A DNA stretch of 64,000 bases, taken from positions 32,001 to 96,000 of the forward strand of contig NZ_JAQNDL010000002.1 of NCBI RefSeq assembly GCF_028368995.1. The letters run 5' to 3'. The translations under genes were made by a program, and so were the position numbers. The DNA comes from Nannocystis bainbridge (GTDB taxonomy: Bacteria; Myxococcota_A; Polyangia; Nannocystales; Nannocystaceae). Below, piece by piece: positions 9,779 to 18,947 of this stretch. Position 1 is the stretch's first letter. Each line of letters begins with the position of its first letter. A model generated the notes under the pieces. The model was not told the origin of the DNA. It saw nothing but the letters and a program-made list of their open reading frames with translations, and ran no database searches.

Positions 9779-10339
9779 ATGAATGGTGCCGTGACCCGCG
9801 TAGCGAGCCTGGCCTTCGCCTGTCTGGTCGGTTCGACCGGCTGTTGGATGTCGGTGCCGGTGCTGGAGGCTTCGGCCAGCCCGGAGATGGTGCCCGCCGT
9901 GATCGCGCCGGAGTCCGACGCGGCGGTGGCGGTGATGGAAGTCGATGAGTCGATCGACGACTTCGACGGCGGCGACCCCTCGGCGCTGCCGGAGCCGTCG
10001 CGCCAGCTCGAGGTCGAGGCCCAGCTGGTCGAGGCCCGCAGCGCGGCCGCGTGCGGCAAGAACAACGTCGCGGTGGTGATGCGCTACGCGGTGAAGCGGG
10101 TGCTGGCCGGCAACTACGACGAGCGCGACCTGTACGTGGCCCTGCAGTGTCCGGAGATGGGGCTGTCGCCGTGCCGCGGGGGCAAGGGCGCCCGCGTGCG
10201 CGCGATCCGGGCCGGCGACGTGCACCGCCTGCAGCTGGTCCAGGGGACAGGTAGCGGCATGATCGTCGACAGGTTCACGGGCGGCGCGGGCGGCGAACTG
10301 CCGCGCTACCGGGCCCGCTGCGGCGCGGCCGGGGCGTAG
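9779..10339 (+). CDS. Hypothetical exported protein or lipoprotein
   Basis: Hydrophobic N-terminus with STGC; typical codon bias. Confidence 0.6.
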   Translation: MNGAVTRVASLAFACLVGSTGCWMSVPVLEASASPEMVPAVIAPESDAAVAVMEVDESIDDFDGGDPSALPEPSRQLEVEAQLVEARSAAACGKNNVAVVMRYAVKRVLAGNYDERDLYVALQCPEMGLSPCRGGKGARVRAIRAGDVHRLQLVQGTGSGMIVDRFTGGAGGELPRYRARCGAAGA

Positions 10340-10374
10340 ACCGGGCGCGCGGAGGCGCGAGCGGGCGTGCTCGA

Positions 10375-10516
10375 TCGGGCATGTGCTCGAGAGCATGTCC
10401 GATCGGGCATGTTCCATGGAGCATGCCTCGAGGAACATGATCGAAGAGACAGATGATGTCGCGGGTTGATGGGCGCCACGTCGCCATGGCGCGCGGGACA
10501 TGTCCCATGGGCCTGG
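10375..10516. repeat. 14-bp-phased CATG palindrome array
   Basis: Cores CATG at 10380, 10394, 10408, 10422 and 10436, and CAGA at 10450; a second pair of CATG at 10485 and 10499. Confidence 0.85.
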
Positions 10517-10539
10517 CCTGACGCGCGGGCGCGCGGCGC

Positions 10540-10569
10540 TTGACGCTGGCGCGCGGCCGGCGATAGCTT
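10540..10569 (+). promoter_or_regulatory. Sigma70-like promoter, leaderless geometry
   Basis: TTGACG-N18-TAGCTT, then 7 nt to the ATG at 10577. Confidence 0.5.
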
Positions 10570-10576
10570 CCCGGCC

Positions 10577-11644
10577 ATGCGCACCCCCTCGCCCGTGTGG
10601 CTCGTCGCGCTCGCGCTGGCCTGTCACGAGGACTCCGGCGCCAGCGCGTCCGCGGCTGCGGGCACCGCCCCGACGACGCTGCCCGATCTGACGCTGCCGG
10701 GGACCGCGAGCGAGACGGGCAGCGAGACGGAGCCCTCGTCGGGGACCGCGGACGGATCCAGCACGGCGCCGACGAGCAGCGGCGGCCCGAAGTTCGACCT
10801 CGGCGAGGACGACTCGACCGGGCCCGACGGGGCGCTGTGCCCGTGCGCGCCGAAGCTCGACCTGATCTACGTGCTGTCCGACGACCGCGAGCTGTGGACG
10901 TACGATCCGCTGGCCAACAGCTTCGCCCTGGTCGGGCCGCTCGGCTGCCCCACGACCGACGGCACGTTCTCGATGGGCGTGGGCCGCGACGGGTTCGCGT
11001 GGATCCAGACGACGATCCCGCAGGGCGTCAGCAATTACGTCGGCGACCTGTTCCGCCTCGACGTGACGAACCCGCTGAATTGCGTCGACCCGGGCTACGT
11101 GCCCGGGGCAGAGGGTTGGGTCCACTTCGGCATGGCGTTCGTGTCGGCCAGCGCCGGCGACCCGTGCGACCGGCTGTACGGCCAGCACTGGGACGGCCAG
11201 GCGGGGCTGTGGTCGGAGGGGCCCGGCGCCGGCAAGCTGGGGGTGTTCGACGCGGCGGCGCTGCGGATGGAGACGATCGGAGCGACGAACTACAACGGCG
11301 CGGAGCTGACGGGCACCGGCGACGGCCGGCTCTACGCGTTCGGCGGGGTGCCGCACGCGAAGCTGATCCAGTTCGACAAGCAGACGGCGCAGGCGATCGA
11401 GACGCTGCCGTTCAACAGTTTGCCGCTGACGAACGCGTTCGCGTTCGCGTTCTGGGGCGGTGATTTCTACTTCTTCACGCTCGCCGATCCGGACAGTCCG
11501 TCGAGCCTCAGCAAGGTGACGAAGCTCGACTACGACGACAGCGACAACAGCGGCAAGTCGCTGACGACGGTGAATGCCAATGCGCCGATCCGGATCGTCG
11601 GGGCCGGGGTCTCGACCTGCGCGCCGCTCGAGCCGCCAGGCTAG
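10577..11644 (+). CDS. Myxobacterial lipoprotein with probable beta-propeller domain
   Basis: LALAC lipobox, S/T linker, LIYVLSDD, AELTGTGDGRLYAF, AFAFWGGDFYFF and IVGAGVSTCAP. Confidence 0.7.
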   Translation: MRTPSPVWLVALALACHEDSGASASAAAGTAPTTLPDLTLPGTASETGSETEPSSGTADGSSTAPTSSGGPKFDLGEDDSTGPDGALCPCAPKLDLIYVLSDDRELWTYDPLANSFALVGPLGCPTTDGTFSMGVGRDGFAWIQTTIPQGVSNYVGDLFRLDVTNPLNCVDPGYVPGAEGWVHFGMAFVSASAGDPCDRLYGQHWDGQAGLWSEGPGAGKLGVFDAAALRMETIGATNYNGAELTGTGDGRLYAFGGVPHAKLIQFDKQTAQAIETLPFNSLPLTNAFAFAFWGGDFYFFTLADPDSPSSLSKVTKLDYDDSDNSGKSLTTVNANAPIRIVGAGVSTCAPLEPPG

Positions 11645-11669
11645 GGCGCGGGCGCGCGGCGCTCACGGA

Positions 11670-13403
11670 TCAAGGCGCCGCGGGCGGAGGCTGCTCGGCG
11701 GCCGCATCGGCGGCCGCGGTGGCAGCCGCAGCAGCGGCCGCCGCGGCGGTGCGATCGTGATAGGCCAGCGAGTGGCTCGCCATCTCGGCCATGCGCAGGG
11801 CCATGATGCGTTCGGCCATCACCGCGCCGTCGGCTCCGTGGCGGAGGAGGTGCTCGACCTCGGCTTCGGAGTGGCCGCGGGCGATGATCGTCATGTCGGG
11901 CTTGGCGGCGCGCAGGCGGGCCACGACCTCGCCGGCTTCGAGGGCGTGGGGGATGGCGAGCAGGGCGAGGCGGGCCCCGGCGGGGTTGGTCTCGGCGAGC
12001 ACGCGAGGGTTGGCCGCGTTGCCGCAGATCGCGGCGATGCCGAGGGCCTGGGCGCGGTCGACCAGGTCGGGGTCGGTGTCGAGGACGAGCAGCGGCACCC
12101 CGCGCTCGCTCAGGATCTTGGCGATCGAGCTGCCGACCCGGCCGAAGCCGATCAGCAGGACGAACGGGCCCTCGGGCGGCGGCGGACCGGAGGCGACGAC
12201 CGCCTTTTGCTCGGCCTCGGCGCGGTCGCGGCGGCGCTGCCAGCGATCGAGGGCGGCGAACAGCAGCGGATTGCAGAGGATCGAGAGGATGGCGCCGGCG
12301 AGGACCAGGTCGCGCGCCATCGGCGGCATGATGTCGAGCTCGATGCCGAGGCCGGCGAGGATGAACGAGAACTCGCCGATCTGGGCCAGGCTGGCGGCGA
12401 TCGTCATCGCGGTGCCCAGGGGGTGGCGGAAGGCCAGCACCAGCGCGAGGGCGGCGATCGATTTGCCGATGACGATGATGCCGAAGGTGGCGAGCACCAG
12501 CAGCGGCTCCTCGACGAGGATCCGCGGGTCGAACAGCATGCCGACCGAGACGAAGAACAGCACGGCGAAGGCGTCGCGCAGCGGCAGCGAGTCGCTGGCG
12601 GCCTTGTGGCTGAACTCGGACTCTGCCAGCAGCATGCCGGCGAAGAAGGCGCCGAGGGCCAGCGAGACGTTGAAGAGGATCGCCGCGCCGAGGGCGACGC
12701 CGAGGGCGATCGCCAGGACGCACAGGGTGAACAGCTCGCGCGAGCCGGTCCCGGCGATCTTCTCGAGCGTCCACGGGATGGCGCGCCGACCGACGACGAG
12801 CATGAGGGCGATGAAGCCGGCGACCTTGAGGAGGGTGAGGCCGAGCGAGAGCCACACGTCGCCGCTGCCGCCGTCAGCGGGCGCGCCGGCGATGGCGGGC
12901 ACGAGCACGAGCGCGAGCACCATGGCGAGGTCCTCGACGATGAGCCAGCCGATGGCGATCTTGCCGCGCGGGCTGTCGAGAAGGCGCCGCTCCTCGAGCG
13001 CGCGCAGGAGGACGACGGTGCTGGCGACCGACAGCGCCAGGCCGAACATCAAGCCCGCGCCGGCCGACCAGTCGAGCATCCAGGCCAGGCCGGCGCCGAG
13101 CGCCGTGGCCAGGGCTATCTGGACGACCGCGCCCGGGATCGCGATCGCCTTGACGGCGAGCAGGTCGCGCAGCGAAAAGTGCAGGCCGACCCCGAACATC
13201 AGCAGGATGACGCCGATCTCCGACAGCTCGTTGGCCAGCGCCTGGTCGGCGATGATACCCGGGGTGTACGGGCCGACGACCACGCCCGCGGCGAGGTACC
13301 CGACCAGCGGCGAGAGCCGGAGTCGCGTCGCCAACGAGCCGAGGACGAACGCGACGACCAGACCGGCGGCGATCGTGTCGAGCAGCGGGGTGTGGTGAAG
13401 CAT
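11670..13403 (-). CDS. ybaL: YbaL/RosB-like CPA2 cation:proton antiporter with C-terminal RCK_N (TrkA-N) domain
   Basis: MLHHTPLLDTIAAGL, EIGVILLMFGVGLHFS, ALSVASTVVLLRAL, GWLIVEDL, LAQIGEFSFILA and LIGFGRVG. Confidence 0.85.
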   Translation of the reverse strand: MLHHTPLLDTIAAGLVVAFVLGSLATRLRLSPLVGYLAAGVVVGPYTPGIIADQALANELSEIGVILLMFGVGLHFSLRDLLAVKAIAIPGAVVQIALATALGAGLAWMLDWSAGAGLMFGLALSVASTVVLLRALEERRLLDSPRGKIAIGWLIVEDLAMVLALVLVPAIAGAPADGGSGDVWLSLGLTLLKVAGFIALMLVVGRRAIPWTLEKIAGTGSRELFTLCVLAIALGVALGAAILFNVSLALGAFFAGMLLAESEFSHKAASDSLPLRDAFAVLFFVSVGMLFDPRILVEEPLLVLATFGIIVIGKSIAALALVLAFRHPLGTAMTIAASLAQIGEFSFILAGLGIELDIMPPMARDLVLAGAILSILCNPLLFAALDRWQRRRDRAEAEQKAVVASGPPPPEGPFVLLIGFGRVGSSIAKILSERGVPLLVLDTDPDLVDRAQALGIAAICGNAANPRVLAETNPAGARLALLAIPHALEAGEVVARLRAAKPDMTIIARGHSEAEVEHLLRHGADGAVMAERIMALRMAEMASHSLAYHDRTAAAAAAAAATAAADAAAEQPPPAAP

Positions 13404-13580
13404 CGCTACCTGGCATGCTAACCGCGGCGGTCGGCGCTGCTGACGAGGGCATACGGCAAAAGGCCGGTCACGCTCGCCGCGAATCCGAGTTCGGGCTCGC
13501 AGGACGGGGCCAGGGGCGTCGCGCCGCGCAGGGCCGCGAAGCGGGCTCGGCCGGTCCGGCGCTCGCAGGCCGCGCCGGGC

Positions 13581-14160
13581 CGGGTCCTGGCAGGCATGTC
13601 ATGTCGCGCGCGGCGGCGATGCAAGACGACGAGCGGTCGACAGGGCTCGTGGGGCGGCTGGATCGCCGGCAGCGCGAGCAGGCGCGCGGAGATGTCCTTG
13701 CGGACATGTCATGTCGCGGGCGAGGGCGCGGCGTGGCGGCGGAGCGGAGATGTCCTTGCGGACATGTCATGTCACGGGTGATCGCGGGGCCGTGAGCGCT
13801 CGCGGAGGGAGCCGGGGATGGATGTCCGGAAACGGAGGGGATGTCCCTTGGGACATGCTGGGTCGAAGCGACTCCAGCGCCGGCGCCGGGGCACGCGGCG
13901 AGGGCTCCGCGGGCATGCCATGGCGGTCGCGGCGCTGGCGTGGTGCCAGCGACAGGCAAGCCGGCGGTATATGTCCTTGCGGACACGTCATCGCGCGGGC
14001 GATCGTCGTCGGCCATGGGCAACCGCGTGGACGAGCCGGGATGTCCTTGCGGACATGTCACGTCCCGGGCCGCAGATGTTGCGGTCGGAGAGCGTCGAGG
14101 CGGCGCGACGGCGGGCCCGACGAGCGCAGAAATGTCCTGGCGGTTCCGCCGAGTCGGGGG
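13581..14160. repeat. Cluster of about 8 direct copies of a ~30-bp repeat (GATGTCCTTGCGGACATGTCATGTCGCGGG) separated by unique sequence
   Basis: Near-exact copies start at 13691, 13749, 13970 and 14040; degenerate copies start at 13581, 13840, 13900 and 14131. Confidence 0.8.
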
Positions 14161-14325
14161 GGCGCCCACGCTGTCGTCGGGCGCGCGCGGGCGGCCTTTT
14201 GTCGAGCGCTCGCGGGATCGGCGGGGATCGGCCGGGTCGCGTGGGCGCGGGCGGTGGGCGCGATGGAAGACAGGGCGAGCTCGGCTCCCGGTGCGGCTGG
14301 GCGGCGAGCGGCGATCGCATCGCTC

Positions 14326-14408
14326 CAGGACATGCTCGAATGGTCATGTCCTTGGAGACATGTAGTAGAGGACATGACGATATCGGCATGTCCTTCGGGA
14401 CATTCTGC
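14326..14408. repeat. 14-bp-phased CATG palindrome array
   Basis: CATG at 14331, 14345, 14359, 14373 and 14387; CATT at 14401. Confidence 0.85.
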
Positions 14409-14421
14409 CCGAGGCCGAGGC

Positions 14422-15942
14422 TCAGGGCGCTTCTTCGCCCTCGAGGCCGTGCGCCAGCGGCAGGGTGAACGTGAACACCGTGCCGGTGTGGTCGCTGGCG
14501 ACCTGCATGCGGCCGTCGTGGGCGTCGACGATGCTGCGGGCGATCGACAGGCCGAGGCCGAGGCCCTTCTTGCCGCCGCGGACCGTCGACCAGAACGGCT
14601 CGAAGATGTGGGGCAGGTCGGCCTCGTCGATGCCGGGCCCGTGGTCGCCGACGGCGAAGCGGACCTGGCCGCCCTCGATCTCGCCGTCGACGGTGACCTC
14701 CTGGCCGGACGCGCTGAACTTGATCGCGTTGTCGAGCAGGTTGCCGAACACCTGGGCGATCCGGGTGCGGTCGCAGAACAGCGGGGCCTGGGCCATGCGC
14801 AGGCGAGCGACCAGGCGCACTCTCTTTTTGTCCGCGAGCGGCTTCTGCAGCGCGAGCGCCTCCTCGACGATCTCGCGGGCGTCGGCGACCTCGCGCTCGA
14901 GCACGGTGGCGCGGCCGGCCTGGGCGCCGGCGAGGTCGAGCAGGTTCTCGGTGAGGCGCTCGATGCGGGCGGCGCTGCGCTGGATGACGGCGACGTTCTC
15001 CTCGGCGTCGCGGAGCTTCTTGACCAGCACGGTGGTGCCGAGGGTGATGGCGCTGAGCGGGTTGCGCAGGTCGTGCGAGACGACGGTGAGCACGTCCTCG
15101 CGGGCCTGGCTGGCGCGCAGGGCCTCGGCGTGTTGGCAGGCGTTGTCGAGGGCGAGGGCGAGCCGGTCGGCGAGGCGGCGCACCAGATCGAGGTCCTCGG
15201 CGTCGAGGCGGCGCGCGGCCAGCAAGCGGACGACACCGAGCGCGCGATCGCGGGCGATCAGCGGCGCGACCAGGCCGGTGCGCAAACCGAGCTCGTGCAG
15301 CGGCGCATCGAGGCGGCCGAGGTCGTCGAAGCCGCGGGCGCGGCTGTCCCGAAGGACATCCAGGGCGTGGTCGTGCAGCGGGAACAGGTCGTGCAGCGGC
15401 CGCTCGTGCAACAGGGCGGCGTCGGCGTGGGCGAGGCCGATCAGGCGCAGCTCGTCCTCGGCCTCGAGCAGCGAGACGAGGGCGACGTCGCCGAGGCGCG
15501 GGGCCAGCAGCTCGGCGCCGAGCTGACCGACGCGGGCGACTTCGAGGGACTCGAGCAGCAGGCGACCGGCGTCGTCGAGCAGCCCGGCGGCGGTTTGGCG
15601 GCGCCGCTCGGCGCCGACGTCGGTGAGCACGGCGACGGCCGCGACCACGGCCCCGGCGCTGTCACGCACCGGCACGGCGCGCACGTGGACGTGGACGACC
15701 TCGCCGCCGGCGGTGACGCGGCGGACATCCTCGTCGATGACGGCGCCGGCGAGGCAGCGCGCGAGCGGGTGATGGCGAGGGTCGTCGGGGAAGTAGGCCA
15801 GGAGGGCCGCCGCGGCGCCGCTGGCGGCCACGGGGGTGCCGTGCGGCGCGGCGGCGACGACGGCGTCGAGGGAGCCGAGGCGGGCGAGGGCGTCGACGAT
15901 CCGGCGCGCGGGATCGGGGAGGACAGCAACGGGCTCGCGCAT
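14422..15942 (-). CDS. Cytoplasmic sensor histidine kinase (PAS-like/GAF + HisKA + HATPase_c)
   Basis: H-box VSHDLRNPL, N-box NLLDNAIKF, G1 DHGPGI, G2 GLGLGLSI; no transmembrane segment apparent. Confidence 0.9.
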   Translation of the reverse strand: MREPVAVLPDPARRIVDALARLGSLDAVVAAAPHGTPVAASGAAAALLAYFPDDPRHHPLARCLAGAVIDEDVRRVTAGGEVVHVHVRAVPVRDSAGAVVAAVAVLTDVGAERRRQTAAGLLDDAGRLLLESLEVARVGQLGAELLAPRLGDVALVSLLEAEDELRLIGLAHADAALLHERPLHDLFPLHDHALDVLRDSRARGFDDLGRLDAPLHELGLRTGLVAPLIARDRALGVVRLLAARRLDAEDLDLVRRLADRLALALDNACQHAEALRASQAREDVLTVVSHDLRNPLSAITLGTTVLVKKLRDAEENVAVIQRSAARIERLTENLLDLAGAQAGRATVLEREVADAREIVEEALALQKPLADKKRVRLVARLRMAQAPLFCDRTRIAQVFGNLLDNAIKFSASGQEVTVDGEIEGGQVRFAVGDHGPGIDEADLPHIFEPFWSTVRGGKKGLGLGLSIARSIVDAHDGRMQVASDHTGTVFTFTLPLAHGLEGEEAP

Positions 15943-16173
15943 GCCCGAATCAACGTAGCACCCGCAGCGGTCGCTCCCGGCGCCGGTGTGGAGCGGCGCA
16001 CGCGGAGGCTTCGCGGGCGATCGACACAGGCGCTGCGGAGGGGGCGCCGGCCGGTGACGAGCGCCGCGGGGCGCATGGCGATGAGTGTGGGGCGGGGGGA
16101 CTCGTGGCGGTGATGCGAGCAGGATTCGCGGCGGAGGTCGCTCGATGCGATGCGCATCGAGTGGGGTCGCGAA

Positions 16174-17685
16174 TCAGCGGCGATCGTCGCAGTGCTCCGG
16201 CGGGTGGACTTCGGTGGCGGCGCGTGGGGCCACCTCGGGCGCTGCTTCGGGCAGCGGTGGGTCGCTCATGGCGAACGCTGCGAGCACGTGGGCGGTGGCG
16301 CGGGTGTTCTCGAGCAAGGCGTCGCGGCTGTAGTTGTCGCGGTCGTCGCAGCGGGCGTGGTAGCAGGGGTCGTAGGCGACCTCGGCCTCGCCGCCGAACA
16401 GCTGGGCCTCGTGGCTGCTCTTGCGGGCCTCGGCGCCGGTGAACAGGCCGCCGGCGGCGATGTCGTGGCGGATGAAGGCCCAGTAGTCGGAGCGGCCGTC
16501 GAACGCGGTCTCGCGGGTGGGCACGCCGAGGTCGACGAAGTAGTCGGTGAGCGCGGCCTCGATCGCGGCCGAGCCCGGGGGCCCGGCCTTTTGCCACGCC
16601 GAGCCGTCGCCGTCGTAGACGAAGCGGACCGGGTTGGGCGAGGCGATCATGTCGAGGTTGAGGTAGAGCGCGATCGCGGCGCGAGCCTCCGCGGACATGG
16701 ACTCGACGTGGTGGATCGAGCCGAGCAGGCCGAGCTCCTCGGCGCCCCAGAAGGCGAAGCGGACCTGATGGCGCAGATCACAGCGCGGCAGGGCGCCGGC
16801 GATGCCGAGCAGCGCGGCGACGCCGGAGCCGTTGTCGTTGACGCCGGGGCCGGCCGGCACCGAATCGAGGTGGGCGCCGAGCATGACGACGCGGCCGCTG
16901 GCGGTCGGCGCGGTGTCGGCGATCACGTTGAAGCTCTCGCGCACGACGGCCTCGGCGGCGATGACGAGGCGCAGCCGCAGGTCGCTCGGCTGCGCCAGCG
17001 CCTCGCCGAGCGCGTAGGGCACGGCGACGACGGGCAGGGTGGTGCCGGGGTCGAGGCGGGCCGTGAACAGGGGCAGGCGCTCGGGGATGTCGCCTTGATT
17101 GAAGTAGACGACCGCGGCGGCGCCGGCCGCGACGGCGTGGTCGACCTTCTGCTGGTGGGTGCAGCCGCCGCGCTGCAGGAGGGCGATGCTGCCGGGGAAG
17201 AAGCCGGCGAAGTCCTCGGGCTGGCAGCCGCTGGTGGATTTATTATCTGGCCCGAGAGACAGGTCGACGGGGAGCACGGGCCCGGCGACGTCGCCGCTGG
17301 CCGAGAAGGCGGCGACGCGGAAATCGACGCCGGCCTCGTACTCGGGGCCGGGCGCGTCGGGCCAGTGGAGGCGCGGCGGGGCCAGCAGGACGAAATCGTC
17401 GAAGGTGAAGGGCTCGCGGCGCACGGTCAGGCCAGCGGCGAGCAGCTTCTCGGCGACGTACTCGACGGAGGCCGCGAAGCCGTCGGTGCCGGCGGCGCGG
17501 GTGTCGGCGTGGACCTGGCCGAGGTCGGCGAGGGCGAGCAGGTGCAACTCGAGCGTGACGAGGTCGATCGTCTCGGCGAGCGGCGCGGGGCAGCCGGCCG
17601 GTTCGCCGCTCGGCGAGCCCGAACAGGCAGGGGCGGCCAGCGCGAGGGCGAGCGCGAGGGGCCGGATCCGTGGCTCGCGGCGCAC
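16174..17685 (-). CDS. M28 aminopeptidase lipoprotein with PA domain
   Basis: AAPAC lipobox; GAHLDSV, GVNDNGSG, FWGAEELGLLGS, LNLDMIAS, RSDY, DPCYH; PA-like IALLQRGGC. Confidence 0.9.
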   Translation of the reverse strand: MRREPRIRPLALALALAAPACSGSPSGEPAGCPAPLAETIDLVTLELHLLALADLGQVHADTRAAGTDGFAASVEYVAEKLLAAGLTVRREPFTFDDFVLLAPPRLHWPDAPGPEYEAGVDFRVAAFSASGDVAGPVLPVDLSLGPDNKSTSGCQPEDFAGFFPGSIALLQRGGCTHQQKVDHAVAAGAAAVVYFNQGDIPERLPLFTARLDPGTTLPVVAVPYALGEALAQPSDLRLRLVIAAEAVVRESFNVIADTAPTASGRVVMLGAHLDSVPAGPGVNDNGSGVAALLGIAGALPRCDLRHQVRFAFWGAEELGLLGSIHHVESMSAEARAAIALYLNLDMIASPNPVRFVYDGDGSAWQKAGPPGSAAIEAALTDYFVDLGVPTRETAFDGRSDYWAFIRHDIAAGGLFTGAEARKSSHEAQLFGGEAEVAYDPCYHARCDDRDNYSRDALLENTRATAHVLAAFAMSDPPLPEAAPEVAPRAATEVHPPEHCDDRR

Positions 17686-17922
17686 GCGATCAGGATAGCG
17701 CATCCGGCACGCGGCACGCGGGCGCGGGCGCACGAAGGGTCGCGGCTCGGCGATGAACGTGGTCCGAGTGTCAGGGCAGCGCGCCCGTAGATCGGCGAGC
17801 GGCACGGCGGCGCGGAGGGTCGGTGAAATCGCGCGGACTGCCGGGGCCACGCATCGCGGGGCCGCGTGCAGCACGGCGGCGCGGGTCGTCGGCGGATGGG
17901 CGCGGAGCCGCGGCGCAGCGCG

Positions 17923-18858
17923 TCACGGGCCGGTCCACACGTAGCCGGCGACGGCCTCGTACTGGTAGCCGAACATCGCCACCGCGCTGTCGCGCTCGCC
18001 CTCGCTGGTCGTGTAGAAGTGGTCGCCCTTGCCGTAGAGGCGGAACAGCGGGACCGCGCCGCACTGCGGGTCGGTGGCGATGTGGCCGAGCGGGCCCTCG
18101 GGCGTGGCCGCGTTCTCGCAGGTCGCGCTGGTGGTGTAGAAGCGGCGGCCGTCGCCCTTGAGGCAGCGGTAGAACGGGACCAGGCCGGTGCCGGGGGCCG
18201 CGTAGAGGAAGAAGAAGTTGAGCGACTCGGGGCTGAAGTCGCCGGACATCGCCTCGGCGGCGTCGACCGTATAGAAGTGGCCGAGCGTCGGGCTCGAGCT
18301 GCGGTGGACGCCGACGCGGCAGCCGGGCAGGGCGCCCTCGTCGCACACGCCGTCGCAGTTGTCGTCGAACACGTTGCACGCCTCGGCCTTGTCGGGCTTG
18401 CAGACCAGGCCGCACATCTGCCCGGGCGCGAGCTGCTGCTCGCAGCCGTTGTTCGGATCGGCGTCGCAGTCGAACCAGCCGTCGTCGCACTCGCCGAGGG
18501 CGCACTGGCCCGCGCTGCAGGCCGACGTGGCCCGCGGGATCACGCAGCTGATGCCGCACTTGCCGCAATTGGCGGGGTCGGTCATGAGGTCGACGCACTG
18601 CACGCCGCAGGTGATCAGTGGGTCGCACACGAGCGGCGGGTCGTCGACGCCACTGCCGCTCGTGGAGCTGCTGGTGTCGCCCGTGGAGGTCGGCGGGGCG
18701 TCGGTGGTGCCGGTGGTGCCGGGCTCGCCGGTGCTCGTCTCGGTGCCGGTCGCGTCGGGCCCGGTCGGGGTCGAGGCGGTCGAGCTGTCGGCCCGGCCGT
18801 CGTCGCCGCAGGCGGGCAGGAGCGTCAGCGCGACGAAGAGACATGTCCCGGAGGACAT
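17923..18858 (-). CDS. Cys-rich lipoprotein with C-terminal HFYT-type (DUF5648-like) repeats
   Basis: LLPAC lipobox; CVDLMTDPANCGKCG; EACNVFDDNCDG; repeated HFYT/RFYT motifs. Confidence 0.7.
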   Translation of the reverse strand: MSSGTCLFVALTLLPACGDDGRADSSTASTPTGPDATGTETSTGEPGTTGTTDAPPTSTGDTSSSTSGSGVDDPPLVCDPLITCGVQCVDLMTDPANCGKCGISCVIPRATSACSAGQCALGECDDGWFDCDADPNNGCEQQLAPGQMCGLVCKPDKAEACNVFDDNCDGVCDEGALPGCRVGVHRSSSPTLGHFYTVDAAEAMSGDFSPESLNFFFLYAAPGTGLVPFYRCLKGDGRRFYTTSATCENAATPEGPLGHIATDPQCGAVPLFRLYGKGDHFYTTSEGERDSAVAMFGYQYEAVAGYVWTGP

Positions 18859-18905
18859 GGCGCGAGCACCATGGCGTGATGGCCATGTCCCGGAGGACAT
18901 GGCAC
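18837..18905. repeat. 14-bp-phased CATG palindrome array overlapping the start codon of the 17923-18858 gene
   Basis: CATG at 18842, 18856, 18870, 18884 and 18898. Confidence 0.85.
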
Positions 18906-18947
18906 ATGCGCCAGGTCGAAGCAGCGGGGTCCCGCGGGGCATGGCGC

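Noticed and set aside
7328-11356. 1342-aa minus-strand ORF and other long antisense or alternate-frame ORFs (e.g. 13711-16113, 24533-27373, the 5' part of 52896-56342, 42301-45162)
   Set aside because: These are shadow ORFs of high-GC genes. They are R/G/A/V-rich, lack motifs and overlap well-supported CDSs.
13581-14160. Calling the repeat cluster a true CRISPR array
   Set aside because: Spacers run from about 28 to 80 bp, repeats are degenerate throughout, and there is no AT-rich leader or cas gene. It is kept as a repeat.
16141-16161. Inverted repeat CTCGATGCG-ATG-CGCATCGAG after the M28 gene
   Set aside because: It is a single short hairpin without a U-tract, which is too little to call a terminator.
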